Notes under the pieces: generated by a model
The model's database searches: none
Seen by the model: only the letters and a program-made list of their open reading frames with translations
What the model was told of the DNA's origin: nothing
Position numbers and translations under genes: made by a program
Source: Rhizophagus irregularis
Lineage: Eukaryota
Assembly: GCF_026210795.1 (NCBI RefSeq)
Contig: NC_089433.1
Coordinates: forward strand, 1,364,001-1,428,000
Length of the DNA stretch: 64,000 nt
Direction: 5' to 3'
Shown: piece after piece, positions 1 to 12,355 of the stretch
How the letters are laid out: each line of letters opens with the position of its first letter
How positions within the stretch are numbered: position 1 is the stretch's first letter

Positions 1-12
1 TATATTGATAAA

Positions 13-3000
13 ATGGCTACAATTCGTCCTATGTTTCCGATGAATGCAGAAGTTATCCAGTGGTGTCAAAATCCAAAAATCCTTGAAGAACAGGTAATAT
101 ATAACCTATGAAATAGAATTTGATCATATTAATCGTAAGTAACAAACGATTTATATATAGTTAGATGAAGTTCTTCCAGAAAATTTGCAGGATAAAGGAA
201 TATATCTATTAGAAATATTAATGCCTGAAGCAGAATTTCCTGATAATGTTCTAATACTCAACGATGATCCTCTAACATTCTCATTAACAACTCTACAATA
301 TCAATTGATTAAAGCAGCTTGCCTGGTATAATCGATATTCATTTTGTCACTAAATTTATGAATTTTATGATATTCATGCAATTTATATAATACTAACATT
401 GTTTTAGGTTATACGTAAAACGAATTTGTGCTTGCAATACATTGAAAAATACACTCCAATAAATGCTCAGCCGGCACTATTCCACGCTCTTATATATTAT
501 GGACAGTCAGTACTTATAATATGTGAAATACATATATTATAAGTTTACTTTTATAAAATTTAACAACAAAATAAATTTTTTTTTCTTTAGAGATCTTATT
601 GGCGGAAATCCACGTATTGATCCTGTAAACTTATTTCATCGATGGATGATTAGATCGAAATACAAAGATATAAATTTCGGTTACGAATTTGATCAAAGTG
701 AAAAATCTACTAAAATATTGGAAAATCTTTATAAATCTTTATCCCAAGAATATATGGTAAAAATTAATGTAGAACGAAAATGTTATAATATATATACTTA
801 ACTCTTTTATAATTAGGGTTCTGTAACGAGTGCTGACCCTTCCAGTCATTCTATGTCAATCGATAACATATTTCAAAGCCAATTAGCTTATGAACTAGGT
901 GAATACTACTTTTCGGTTGACAGAAGGAAATCTATCGAATATTTCTGTAAATGTAGACTTGAAAGCATTTCTGATAACGAAAATATTGGAGAATATAAAT
1001 CGTTCTGGTATGTTATCACGTTTCCAATTTGAGATCAACCTATTAATCAAATAAATTCCGTAACATTATATACATAATTTTTCAAAGTGATATAGATGAA
1101 GCTCGAGCCGAAAAATCAATCAGAATTTTGTTGAAAATAACGACTAATATTTCCTTACAAGATCAAATAAATCATTTTATACAACATGGACAAGATTACG
1201 AAGGTGTTTTCTTAGTTATGTTCAAAGCACTTATAGAAAATACCTTATTAAATATTCCCAGGGATTTTCGAAACAATTTGGTTTCCAAAGCATTCAATAA
1301 AGGTCAAGAGAAATCTGGTATTAAGATTTCTATATGTAATGCTTTAGAACTATCAGATTTACCTTTGGGTAACTATCATAAAATAAAATTTCTTGATCAA
1401 ATTGTTTTCTTAAATTTAAAATATTTTTTCACACATCTCCATCTATTTAGAGGAAATGTTAAATTCAGTTCCTGAACAGTGTTTTTATTATCTCAAGCAT
1501 AATTTTAACGAAAACATAGTTTATGAGATTGCCGAGATATTTAAGAAATTATATGGTAATTTTCCTGGTTCAAAAATGAGTGAGAATCAAAGATCTTTCG
1601 TTTCGAGTTTTTTCAAAAAGATTGAAAATGAAGAAGTTTTGAGAATTATTAAAAAGATCGAAGGTGATATGATTTATTTCACAATAATTACTGTTTTTAA
1701 GTTAAAATTTGGTCTGATGATTATTTTTTATAATAGGGTTTGAATTTGTGCAATATCCACTAGAACAGTTCTTTGATAAAATTTCACAATTTAATCTTCG
1801 CTATAAGAATTACAAATCCGGAAATTTGCGATTAAATGACGATACGATTATCAATAACTCTGATGATTTCGATCTTTTACTAGAAGAATTGAGTGTAAAT
1901 ATTTTAGTTTATTCAAATATAACATTTTGATTTACTTAAGTATTAATTCTTTCATAATATTATAGTTAAAAAGACCGGAAAATCAAAAATTCCATAATGA
2001 TGTATGTTGATGAATAAAACGTATAAACTTCTTCACATAGTAACAATTTGATATATGATTACAGTCTATAAGTGAAGTCAATCTACGTTGGGCGGAAATT
2101 GTAGATTTAATAGGTCAATTACCAGAAAGAAATTTAAATGCCGAAAATTCTGAAAAAGTTGAAAACTTGTGTATCGATACTCTCAAGCTACATGGTATTA
2201 TGGAATTTCGAATTTTGGTAAAAATTTAAAATGTAATATGCTAGCTTGAGTTTATAATGAATGATCGCGTTATTCATTTAATTGTTTTTATTAGGAAATT
2301 ATATCATATAAATTCATGGATTTTTGTCGCTGGCAATTTCTTAAAAATTTTTTTAAGAATATTAGAAAGTTGAGATTCAAAGATGAATACAAGAGTGGTT
2401 GGTTTTACTTATATTTCAGATTAAAGCTTGTACATGCTTAAAGGTTTTAATATAGTTATCCATTTAAAAAGATAAATTTTCTGGACATTTTCGATTTTGT
2501 AAAATTATTATTTCATGTATTGAAATCTTGGAGTTATTTACAAACATTTCACAAGGTAAATTTAATAATGCACAAAAAATTTATTATTCAACAAAATTTA
2601 GTTACTTTAATATTTATTTATGATAATAGATATAACGAATAGCTTTGATGCCACAATGCATCAAAAACAATTTGATATATTATTTAACATGAGATTTAAT
2701 GAAATTAAAAATATAAGGGCGAAGGTTATGAAGTTTTTCAAAACGTTTTTTTCAAGAGGAGTAACTTCGAAGGTATGAAATTATATTTCATTAGTATAAA
2801 TATTTCATTAATATTAATATATTATATTAAAGGAAACGGTCTTTGAAGTTATTTCTAAACTTGTCAATCAAAAATGGGTTCATCAAATTATTGGGAGTAT
2901 GATTGCTGGATATTTATGTGGACAACAATGGAATCGACGGTTAGAAGTATGTTATGTTCAATTTTAGCTTGATTTAATCAATAATAGATCTTCCTTATTT

Positions 3001-4493
3001 GTAATACCAAATAATCTTTTTAGCAGCTTAATCCTGGATTATATGGACCGTTAACAATAATCATGATGTCTTCTGATTGTGCAACGAAACATTGGCCGGA
3101 AAGATCGTGAGTATTAAAAGTCTTCTGCTTTATTATCTATCTGTAGTAACAAATTATAATTCTTAAATATTATTTATTGTAAAGATTCGCTAAATTAGCT
3201 GAAGTTTTGAACGAGAAGATTAAACCGATTAAATTTGATATCTCAAACGCTTTAATTCAATTTTGCATTGAATTGAGGAAAAACAACACTCCTAAATATA
3301 TTTATGATCTTCGCTTAGCTGATTTATATCATTTGCAAGGCCGCGTATCAAAAACACTTAGGTAAATTTCTAATTAACTCTAGTCCGCCAGATCATATAT
3401 TCTCCTAGATAAAGAGTGATTATAAATATCCATTTATGATTTATAATTATAATTATAGCCAGATTTAAGAAGTTAAGTTTACACATGATCAGCGGACTTT
3501 TGTGTGGTCTTCTTTCTATAGAATTAAATATATCTTATTTTAACAATAGATCTAGTATGGATGCTCTTATTTTACATTCTTCCTTCTATATGAACATGAA
3601 AAATATTGACGAAAGGATTTGGCAATCATACGCTATTCCCCAAATGATTCGATGTTGTCTTTCTAAAAAAGGTATTGTATTATAAAAGTTCTAAAATGTT
3701 ATATGTTACTTTACACTTAATATACATTTTCGTTCAGAACTTGCAGCTGCTGTGGTATTGCATCAATTTATAAAGGATAATATTACTTGGGCAAAAAAAA
3801 CGTCATTAGTTACTATAGCAATCAATAATGAGATATTGCAGTCCTCAATATTCACTAGATTTATATATGAAAAAAAATTATTGCTATACATCGTCAGTAT
3901 CCTTTTTAAATGAAACTACTTTTTCACCAAACAGTTTGTGATATGTTTCTTTAATTCTGAATCTTCAGACACATTACATAGAAGAGGAGAACTTGCTAAA
4001 TGCAGTCAAATTGTAAGTTTTACAATTCATTCATTTATTTACCTGATATTTTACTTATGAAAGTATTTTTTTAGGTCGAATGGTTAAAATCCTCAATGCA
4101 AGAGGAATCCCCTTCAATTTCTAATAATGCTTATATCATAACTTCATTTAATAATAAGCATAGGGAGTCTACATACAAATCCAAAAAAAAGGTGATTGGA
4201 GTAGATATTGATCCAAATCACCGTAAAATTGAAATTGAAGAATTAATATTTGAATTTTTGAAAACATTTAATTTATGGATTGATCAGGTTGATCAGTTAA
4301 AAGTAAGTGTTAAATCGTTATTATGAATTTAATTTACTAATATTACTAAAATTTAAATTATACTTATGTTAACAAACAGGATGAAGAAAAACAAATATAT
4401 ATAATTACAATCAGTTTTCAATTTTTGTTTGTTTTTGTTTTATTATACATATATATAGATGTATTATTTTTGCATAGATTTCTTAATAAATAA
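13..4493 (+). CDS. INTS8: Multi-exon gene, Integrator complex subunit 8-like alpha-solenoid protein (3' end uncertain: TAA at 4491-4493 if the last intron is spliced, otherwise TGA at 4326)
   Basis: ATG at 13 and many short GT-AG introns joining the ORF fragments. The spliced peptide includes LIKAACLVIRKTNLCLQYIEK, NLFHRWMIRS, QSQLAYELGEYYF, LADLYHLQG, AIPQMIRCCLSKKELAAAVVLHQFI and LLYIVNTLHRRGE. These are colinear with metazoan INTS8 motifs as I recall them (LYNRWAIRT, QCQVCYDLGAAYF, IKRMIKCCS..VAILCQFL, YLHHKRGE). Not verified by search. Confidence 0.75.
3897..3968 (+). other. U12-type (minor spliceosome) GT-AG intron
   Basis: 5' site GTATCCTTT at 3897-3905; U12-like branch sequence TTTCTTTAAT at 3946-3955 with the A about 14 nt from the AG at 3967-3968. 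This donor keeps the frame open into the next exons, whereas the nearby GTCAGT donor gives a premature stop. Confidence 0.85.
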
Positions 4494-5607
4494 TATTATA
4501 ATGTAAATCATTAAACATATTATTAATGTTATAATAATCTTTTTAATACTATAGTGAGTAGCGAATAACAGGTATTAAATCTTAATATATAATATAGAAA
4601 ATAAATGTCATTCTCAAAGTTGGATAGTAATAAATATAAAACTGAATTATTTTGCTAGATGTTGGCTGGATGCTAAGTTCAACAATATGTAAGTTCAATA
4701 GCAACCAAAAAAATGCAGAAAAATATTTTTTAATTAAGATGCAAATATATTATTACTTTTTAAATTTTATATCTTAAATTATTAATAATTAATTCTTTTT
4801 TTTTATTTTTTTTTATAAAATAAAAGCAATTAAAATTTTAAAAATTGGTAAAGATAATAGAGAAAATTGTTACCTAAATTTAATATATCATAAAATTATA
4901 AAACTTTCAAAATTTATATTTATCTAAATACAGTATTATATAAAAAATAAAGAATTGCTTAATTTATTGAAAGCTTCTCATCTTAAAAAAAGTAAAAAAA
5001 ATAGTCAAAGAATAAGAATTCTAATTTTTCAAAACTGTTTATTAAAATAAAAAAATAATGTTTATTAAAATACTAATTAATATTGCATTAGATTTTTTTC
5101 TTTAAAATCATTATTATTAGTAATAATTAATTTTGAAATATATTTGTAAATTAATCTGTCATTTATATACAGTAGAATAAATTCTCTAGCTAAATTCTTT
5201 ATCTAATAAAAATAAAAAAAAGGAATAAGAAAAAATTTTAGTTAAATAAACCGAAAGAAAGAATAATAATAAAAAGGGTGATAAATCTTAAAATACTTAT
5301 TAATATTTAGTATATCATTTACATTTTTACAACAATCAATTTTTATTTTTATTTTTCTGTTTTTGGCCAATTTAAAAATTTTAATCTAATTAAATATATT
5401 TTCTTTCCTTTATAATTAATAATTTTGCTACTATTGAAAGATATAAGTGAATTTCATAAGGTAATGGTAGAGTACAGGAACAATCTTATGGATAGGAAAC
5501 TGGTTTGGAGTTTTAATAAATTAGTTATATAACAGATGTTTCTATATTCTTACATATAATTAATAAACTCACAAATTGCACTACCTTGGTTAAAAAAAAA
5601 ATAATTA

Positions 5608-6210
5608 CAGTCAACCCTTGTTATAACAAACCCTAGGTTTCAGATCTCAACTTCGCTATAGAGCTATAGTAAAGTTTTTAAGAGATTTGATTGGTTAATT
5701 TGTTATAGCAAGGAGAAATTTATTATATGGTGGCTGTCACCTATAAACAACAATAGTCCGAAATTTTGAAATTTATTTATTTATATTGTGTAACTTATAT
5801 TTTAAAGTACTTTGTCAAAATATTAATTGCCAGCGTGACGCAAAATTTTTTTTTTGCCATATTACATGGAATTCTTGTGGATTTCCATGGAATTTTTGTA
5901 AAATCCATAAAAATTACATGAAAACTAGTCCGAAATTTTATATTTTTATTATTGCTACTTATTAAAATTATCCAACTTTAACCCATAATATTAATTAAAA
6001 TTCTTATTAAATTCTATAAAATAATCCGATAGAAATGTTCAGTACATGTTGCTATATCATTTTATCGGTTTAGTTTTTTCTTTTTACTATTCAATTTACA
6101 ATTTATAAAATTTGAAGTCACTTAATATTAGTGTGGTTTATAGGTGACAGCCACCATAGTTGTCTGAAAAATTTATTATATCAAGAGTTCGCTATATCAA
6201 GGTTTGACTG
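5608..6210. mobile_element. Tc1/mariner (pogo/Tigger-like) MITE
   Basis: TIRs CAGTCAACCCTTGTTATAAC / GCTATATCAAGGTTTGACTG, flanked by TA on both sides; no coding capacity. Confidence 0.8.
5728..6156. mobile_element. Non-autonomous TIR element nested in the 5608-6210 MITE
   Basis: Perfect inverted repeat TGGTGGCTGTCACCTATAAAC / GTTTATAGGTGACAGCCACCA, flanked by TA at 5726-5727 and 6157-6158. Confidence 0.85.
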
Positions 6211-6924
6211 TAATAATTTTATTAAATAAGAAAGAAGTATTTGTAATAAAAAAATATTATTAGAAGCTAGCAATAGCAAATTATTTTTCAGTAAATAGCT
6301 AGTTTTATTTGAACAACTTATTTTAATATTATCTTATTATATTTTTTTTAATAAAAAATAATTTTTTTTTTATTTACAGTCAACTCCCTCTATAGTCACT
6401 CCCGTTATAGTCACATTCTACTATATAGTCACACCAGTTGAATGTTCAAAACACTTTATTATTAAAAACTATCCTATATAGTCACAATCTATCTATAGTC
6501 ACTATCACACCTATCCTCAAAAATCTTATATTAAAAAAAACCGTTTATAATCACAGTTATATAAAGAATATATTAAATAACTTGGCATCTAATAATCGTA
6601 CAAAGATGTATCATAGCTTGTTAGAATCGTCTCACTGAGATGAATCGAATGGTGGTAGTTTTATCCTTTTGCTGTGCAAACAGTCTTATGACTTTATTTT
6701 TATTTATATTTTAACATCGGAAATTCAAACGAACAATATTACAAAAATAAGAAAATAAACTAATAAAAATAAAAAGAGTAGCTTCACGACTCATACAAGT
6801 AAAGAAATCTAAACTAAAATAAAATTAAAGCAAAGAAAAACTAGACTATTACAGAATCGCATACCCCAACTTTACCCGAAGGCCAGTGTGAGTCAACTAT
6901 CCAACATCCAAAAAGTCCAGTCCG

Positions 6925-9900
6925 TTACCAGAAAGAAATCCTAAGAGGTTGAACTGTTAAGCAGCGCAGAAAATCCAAGTGCGAGATCCAAGATCCACCC
7001 CGAATTATAGAAGAGGATATCCAAGAAATCCAGGAATCCTGAGAGACTGACGCCAAAGAAGAGTTGTGTTGTTGTGGAGAAGTAGTATTAGGAAAAGAAT
7101 TTGTAGATGGGCCACGTAATTTGGAAGCAGCCGAGATACCCTGCGACTCTTCCCAAGCATGGAAAAGAACATTCCGACACAGCCAAATTTCACCATATAA
7201 TTCGACTTGGAAGTCATTAAGAAGGGGAGAAATAATCTTGTATATAACAGAGAGAGGAAAGTGTCGATTTAAAAATGTCGTTAAATGCGCAAGCAACAAT
7301 CCTCGGAAGAAGCCAAAGACAGGATGAAGAAGGAGCTTCATAGTTCCAACAATCCAAAAAGCAATTCGGTATGAAAGGAAATATCCAAAGATTTCAAGGA
7401 TAGGAAAGAAGATAAACAAGAATCTCTAAATTTAATGACTTCAGACCGGTGTGTTAAACAAGGATTTAAATCCGGTAAAATATAAGGACAAGTCCAAAGA
7501 TGATTCAAATCTTCAGGAGCAGAATTACACTGCGGACAGAGCCAGTCAGGGAGAATATAAGTAAGGTTTGCGTTGTTGAAGAGTAGTTAAGGTAGGCAAC
7601 GTATCCAAAAGGAGTTTGATACGGAAGGTCCAAAATTCAGGACGACCATTCCTATGTGAAGCGAAACCTTTAATTTGTGAAAGGCAAAAATATATACCAG
7701 CCCAATCAAAAAGTGAAGGAGAACCAAGAGCAGTAAAACGTGCTAGTGAACAGAAAGATAAAAGAGCACGAGCATCTGCAATAGAGCGGAGAAAATGTCA
7801 AATATTCACGTCAATAGGCAAGGAGTTAAAAGTCAACAAGCATGGAGCATAACAAAATGTTGAAAGTAGAACAGTGGGTTGTAAAGACGAATGAGCATCT
7901 TTTGCCAAAGAATCCGCTTGTATATTGTAGATATCATCGCCATGAGCAGGGACTTTAATCAATTCGACATTAAGATTACGATCCATGATAAGTTGTCGAA
8001 TAGAAAGCTAAAGAAGATGATTAGGTTCTCGGAGCAACTTCGGTGAGAAAGGAGCATCAACAAACCGTGTCCATAGTGAAATTAACTGACTACAATCAGT
8101 ATGAATAGAGATTGATGAATCACGGAAAAGGGCGTTCAATCCTAATAGAACAGCAGAAATTTCGGAACGCAAAGCGGAAGGAAAGTAAGAAGGGAGATGC
8201 ATGGAAGAAGATTCCAGAACAAGTCCAACATCATCAAGAGCAATCCAAGCAGAAGTCATGGAAGAAGGCGAAGAATCATTGGCAGGATGGAACGAACCAT
8301 CTGTGTACAAAGATTGCACAGAAAGTGGTAAGATAGTGTCTTCAATTCTATCGATTCTATCCTTAAAGAGAGGAGAAGGAGCGGGAGACGCGTTCGAAAA
8401 ATGAACAAGAGCCAAGGAAGTCGCATAACTCCATGAAGTAGATAGAGCAATGGGAAGGTAAGCCGCGAAAACTTTGGCATTTCTGGTAGGATAGCCCACA
8501 GTATCCGATAGAGTTACATTAAAAAAGCATTTCTCGCTATTACAGCGTTGTCTGATGGCAGATTTCATGGATAAGGCGGGAATGTTAAGAGCGCAACCGG
8601 GACAGGTCATAGGATCGTTCGTCAGCGCGAGGTAGATACAGGAAGCCAATGAGACATAATAGCCGAGTTTTGTTTCTTATAGGTGATACACACGCGACCA
8701 ACAGATAAAGTTTGAGTAGCAGAGACAAAATTAATAGCCCATTGAGGATAAAAAGAATAATCTTTAACAGTATGATCTAATAAACAAGGAGATGCTAAAG
8801 TAAAAGAAGAATTAATAAAATATGAAGATAAAAGTAAAGTAGAAGAAGAAGAGAGAAAATTATTATTGATAAAAGTAAACCAATTAGGGATCCGTCCTTT
8901 ACGACCAACGATGCCAAGATAACGAAGGTCAGGCCAATTCATAAGATAACGTCCACAAGGAGAAACCAACTGAGCAAGCACAAATATATTCAAGTTTTTC
9001 CAAAGTTTCCAACTCGATTGAAAAATGGAATGAGGTAGAATAGATCGGAGTGGCAGAGCAGGTTGTAGATCATGCCTCGGAGGCCGGAAGGAAAGAGACC
9101 ACATGATGTTCAAACGCGAAGAAAACAATAACGAATTAAATAAAGTGTGCGTTCGCAAAGAAACGATCTGTGACCATGGTTCTAGGTTAATAGTAGTCGG
9201 GCAACTTTCAGCACCCAAATATCCTTGAAGATAGGAGATAGCATAAAGGGCAAAATCTTTAAAATCAGGATGAGTGAAAATTTTTTGCCAAGATGCAATA
9301 TGGGAAGAAAGAAAGCGATAGAAAGCATTTTGAATCGAAAATAGAAGTTTGAGAAATAACAAGGGCAACGGAGTAGTCGTAGCAAGACCAGCTTTTCTTC
9401 GAAGTACTGAAAACAGAGGCTTGACAATTGATTGAATAGTACATTCAGAGAAAAGGGTAGTTTGAAGACGAAATTCCAATCGCGGAAGAAGGACAGCATT
9501 ATAGAGATAGGCCACATGTTGTGCTAATAATTTCTTCGGTCCCAGGAGAGCTGCCATATCTTTAACCATGGAGCGCGCTTGTTTGAGAACAAAATCAGAA
9601 GAAGCGGATAAAGAAAACCAAACGCCTAAAAAGCGAAAGGAAGCATGCAAAGATAAAGAGGAAAGGGAAAGAGACAAATCAGAGACTAAAAAAGAAGGTG
9701 TAAGATCAAAAATAATCTTTGAAGAAGGGGAAGAAGATGAAAGAAGAACATATTTAGCTGAATTAGCTTGAACATTATTTAAAGTATAAAATTCAGCAGT
9801 AATAGAAAGACGGTCTTCTATTCCAGATTTTGAAGAAGCAATAAGTGTAGAATCATCTATAAACGTTAAATGTGAAATTGGTAAAGAATGTTGTTCAAAT

Positions 9901-12306
9901 TCAAGTGGAGAATAATTTAAAAGAGCTGAAGATTTTAAAATAAAAGGATCTCGTGCTTCTTGATTCAGAACAGTGAGTAAGGGATCCAAATAAATAACCC
10001 AAAGAAGAGGGGAAATGATTTCTCCTTGATCGATACCAACACGTACTCTATAAGCAGCTGTATCGCCATGACAAGTAATTATCTTATTATTTCGTCGTGT
10101 AAAAAGATTTAAAATAAATCGCACTAAAAGTGCAGGGATATGTAACCTATCTAAAGCTAATTTAAGCATATTTAGATCCATAGAATCAAAAGCTTTAGAG
10201 ATATCTTGAGAAACGATCCATAGTTCCTGATCATCAGTAGAGTCATGTTTATGTTGATGGATAATCGCATCAAGCATTTTGATAGGGACATCAGTAGAAC
10301 CACCAGGTAAGCCAGCAAAGTTACCACCTTGTAGAACTTTATTATCAGCAAGAATGTTGAAGAGACGATTCGTGATGACCTTAACTACACATTTACGAAC
10401 TGTTTCCAGAAGAGTAATAGGTCGAGTGTTCTTAAGTTGAGCATCAAATTTGTGGGGTTTAGGAATAGGATAAACCACAGCTTCACGCCAGTCAGCAGGA
10501 ATATCACCGCAAGAAAGGCAATTATTGGCCAGTAAAAGAGAGAAATCCAAGGCTTCACCGGACAGATGTTTAATCATTTCATAAGAAATTTTTGAAGGGC
10601 CGGAAGCTTTGTTATTTGGCATGGAGGAAATCACAGTAGACCATTCTTGTAGCGAAATAGGCGCCAAGACAGGATCATATAGTGAAGCGGACACATTAGC
10701 AAGAGGAGTGTAAGCTTGTTGCCATCGGGCGGGAAATGAAATGATGGAAGAGTAATGGGTCAACGGAGGAGAAACAATTGATTGGAAATGAGTAATGGCA
10801 GTTTGTTTAATATCCGAAGGATCCGTTAAAAGAGTAGGGGTTGAGTCCAGGACAACCAGGACACGGTCAAGAACAATCGAGCGTTTTTCTACTGATAAGG
10901 CAGAATCTATAAAAGTGCCGAGCGAGTTCGAAAAGTGTTCGTCACGTAGTGCAGTATAATATTCCACTGAGTCCGTAAGGTGTTGGGCGAATTTAGTAGA
11001 TAAAAAGGCAGAAACTAAATTCTTCTGTGATCGTAAAAACGATTTAAATACAGATGCAGGGGTTGTAGAATAGGTAGGAACTGAGTAATCAGGGGAGTAA
11101 GGATGCAAGATTTTCAAGATGGGAGGGCAAAGCGGCAGTCATTTGCGCAATCTGAGTAGGCCGATTAGAACGACGAGTAGTAAGGCGATATAAAAATCGA
11201 TCTAAAAACTTGTTAATAGCAATAAGTTTAGTTAATTCAGGAGAGTACGAATGTCAGTGTGTATTGGAGACTTTTTGAAAGGGTAAAGTTTCAATTGCAG
11301 CACTAATTATGGCAGCTTTCAATGCATGCCACATACGATCAAGAGAAAGAGAGAAATCAAAATTAGGGTGATATTGTCTATCTAAATAAACTCCAAGAGA
11401 ATCATCTACTTCAGTGGTAAAATTATTCCATTGTTCAACTGAAGTGGAAGCGTAAGAGAAAATAGTACGCAATTCTTTTTTTTGTTTAAGACGAGATTTA
11501 GCCAAGATAGCCAGGCAAGAACTGAAGTCAAAAACAGTTGTAAGAACTTTGTGATCGGTAAAAGGACGATCAAAAAGACCCGGGCAAGTAACCACTTGTG
11601 AAAAAAGACCAGGAGCAGGAAAACCAGGTGAAGACCAGATATAATCCAGTCTCGAAGATCCATTATCATGAAAGAAGGTGGGATCAGGACCATTTGTAGA
11701 GGAATGAGCTTGATGATCGGTAAAAACCCGAGAAGAAAGCAAGCGAAGAAGCTTAAAATGATTAGGTGAATAATTAGAATGAGCGATTACATCAGCATTG
11801 AAGTCGCCAAGAATAACTACAAAATAATTATTAGCTCGGGCATAATCGAGCCAAGAAAGAAGCTTGGCAATAAGATCATTGCAAATAGATTGATGAACAG
11901 AACCAGAAGGGGGATAATATATAGAAATAATAGAAATTTTTGTTTAATGAAAGAACAAATCTAATTTAAGAAGTCGACCGTTCCAAGGATCAACTGTTTG
12001 AACATGTTTATGAAGGGGATTACGTAACAAAATACCAACACCATCATGAGGGCGAGAAGAAGAAGATGAACAAGCCCAATAGGACTTAAAGTGATGTAGG
12101 GAATGTTCATTTTTAAAAATAAATTTAGCATTTGAAGGGGAAAGACGCGTATCATTAATAGATAAAACACCAAAAGAGGAGTGAAGAAAAAAATTAAGCA
12201 AATGTTGTTGTCGAACTGGGGAACATAAACCATTAACATTTAATTGACCAAATTTGATAAGGGGAGAGGGGTAAGGGGAAAAATTATGTTTATTGTTGTC
12301 CGTCAT
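6925..12306 (-). pseudogene. LINE ORF2: APE endonuclease - reverse transcriptase - RNase H - CCHC finger, broken by frameshifts and a stop
   Basis: APE motifs FGQLNVNGL, GVGILL, RLDYIW, TDHK; RT motifs ASGPSKISYEM, PIPKP, TRPITLLE, DISKAFD, GIDQGEIISPLLW, FIDD, FLGV; RNase H motifs LYTDGS, SEISAV, HTDC, VPAHGDDIYNIQADSLAK; CPQCNSAPEDLNHLWTC near 7490-7540. In-frame TAG at 8008. Confidence 0.93.
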
Positions 12307-12355
12307 TATTACACACTGATAAATCGGTAATAAAGAAGAGGGAAAAAGAAAACAA

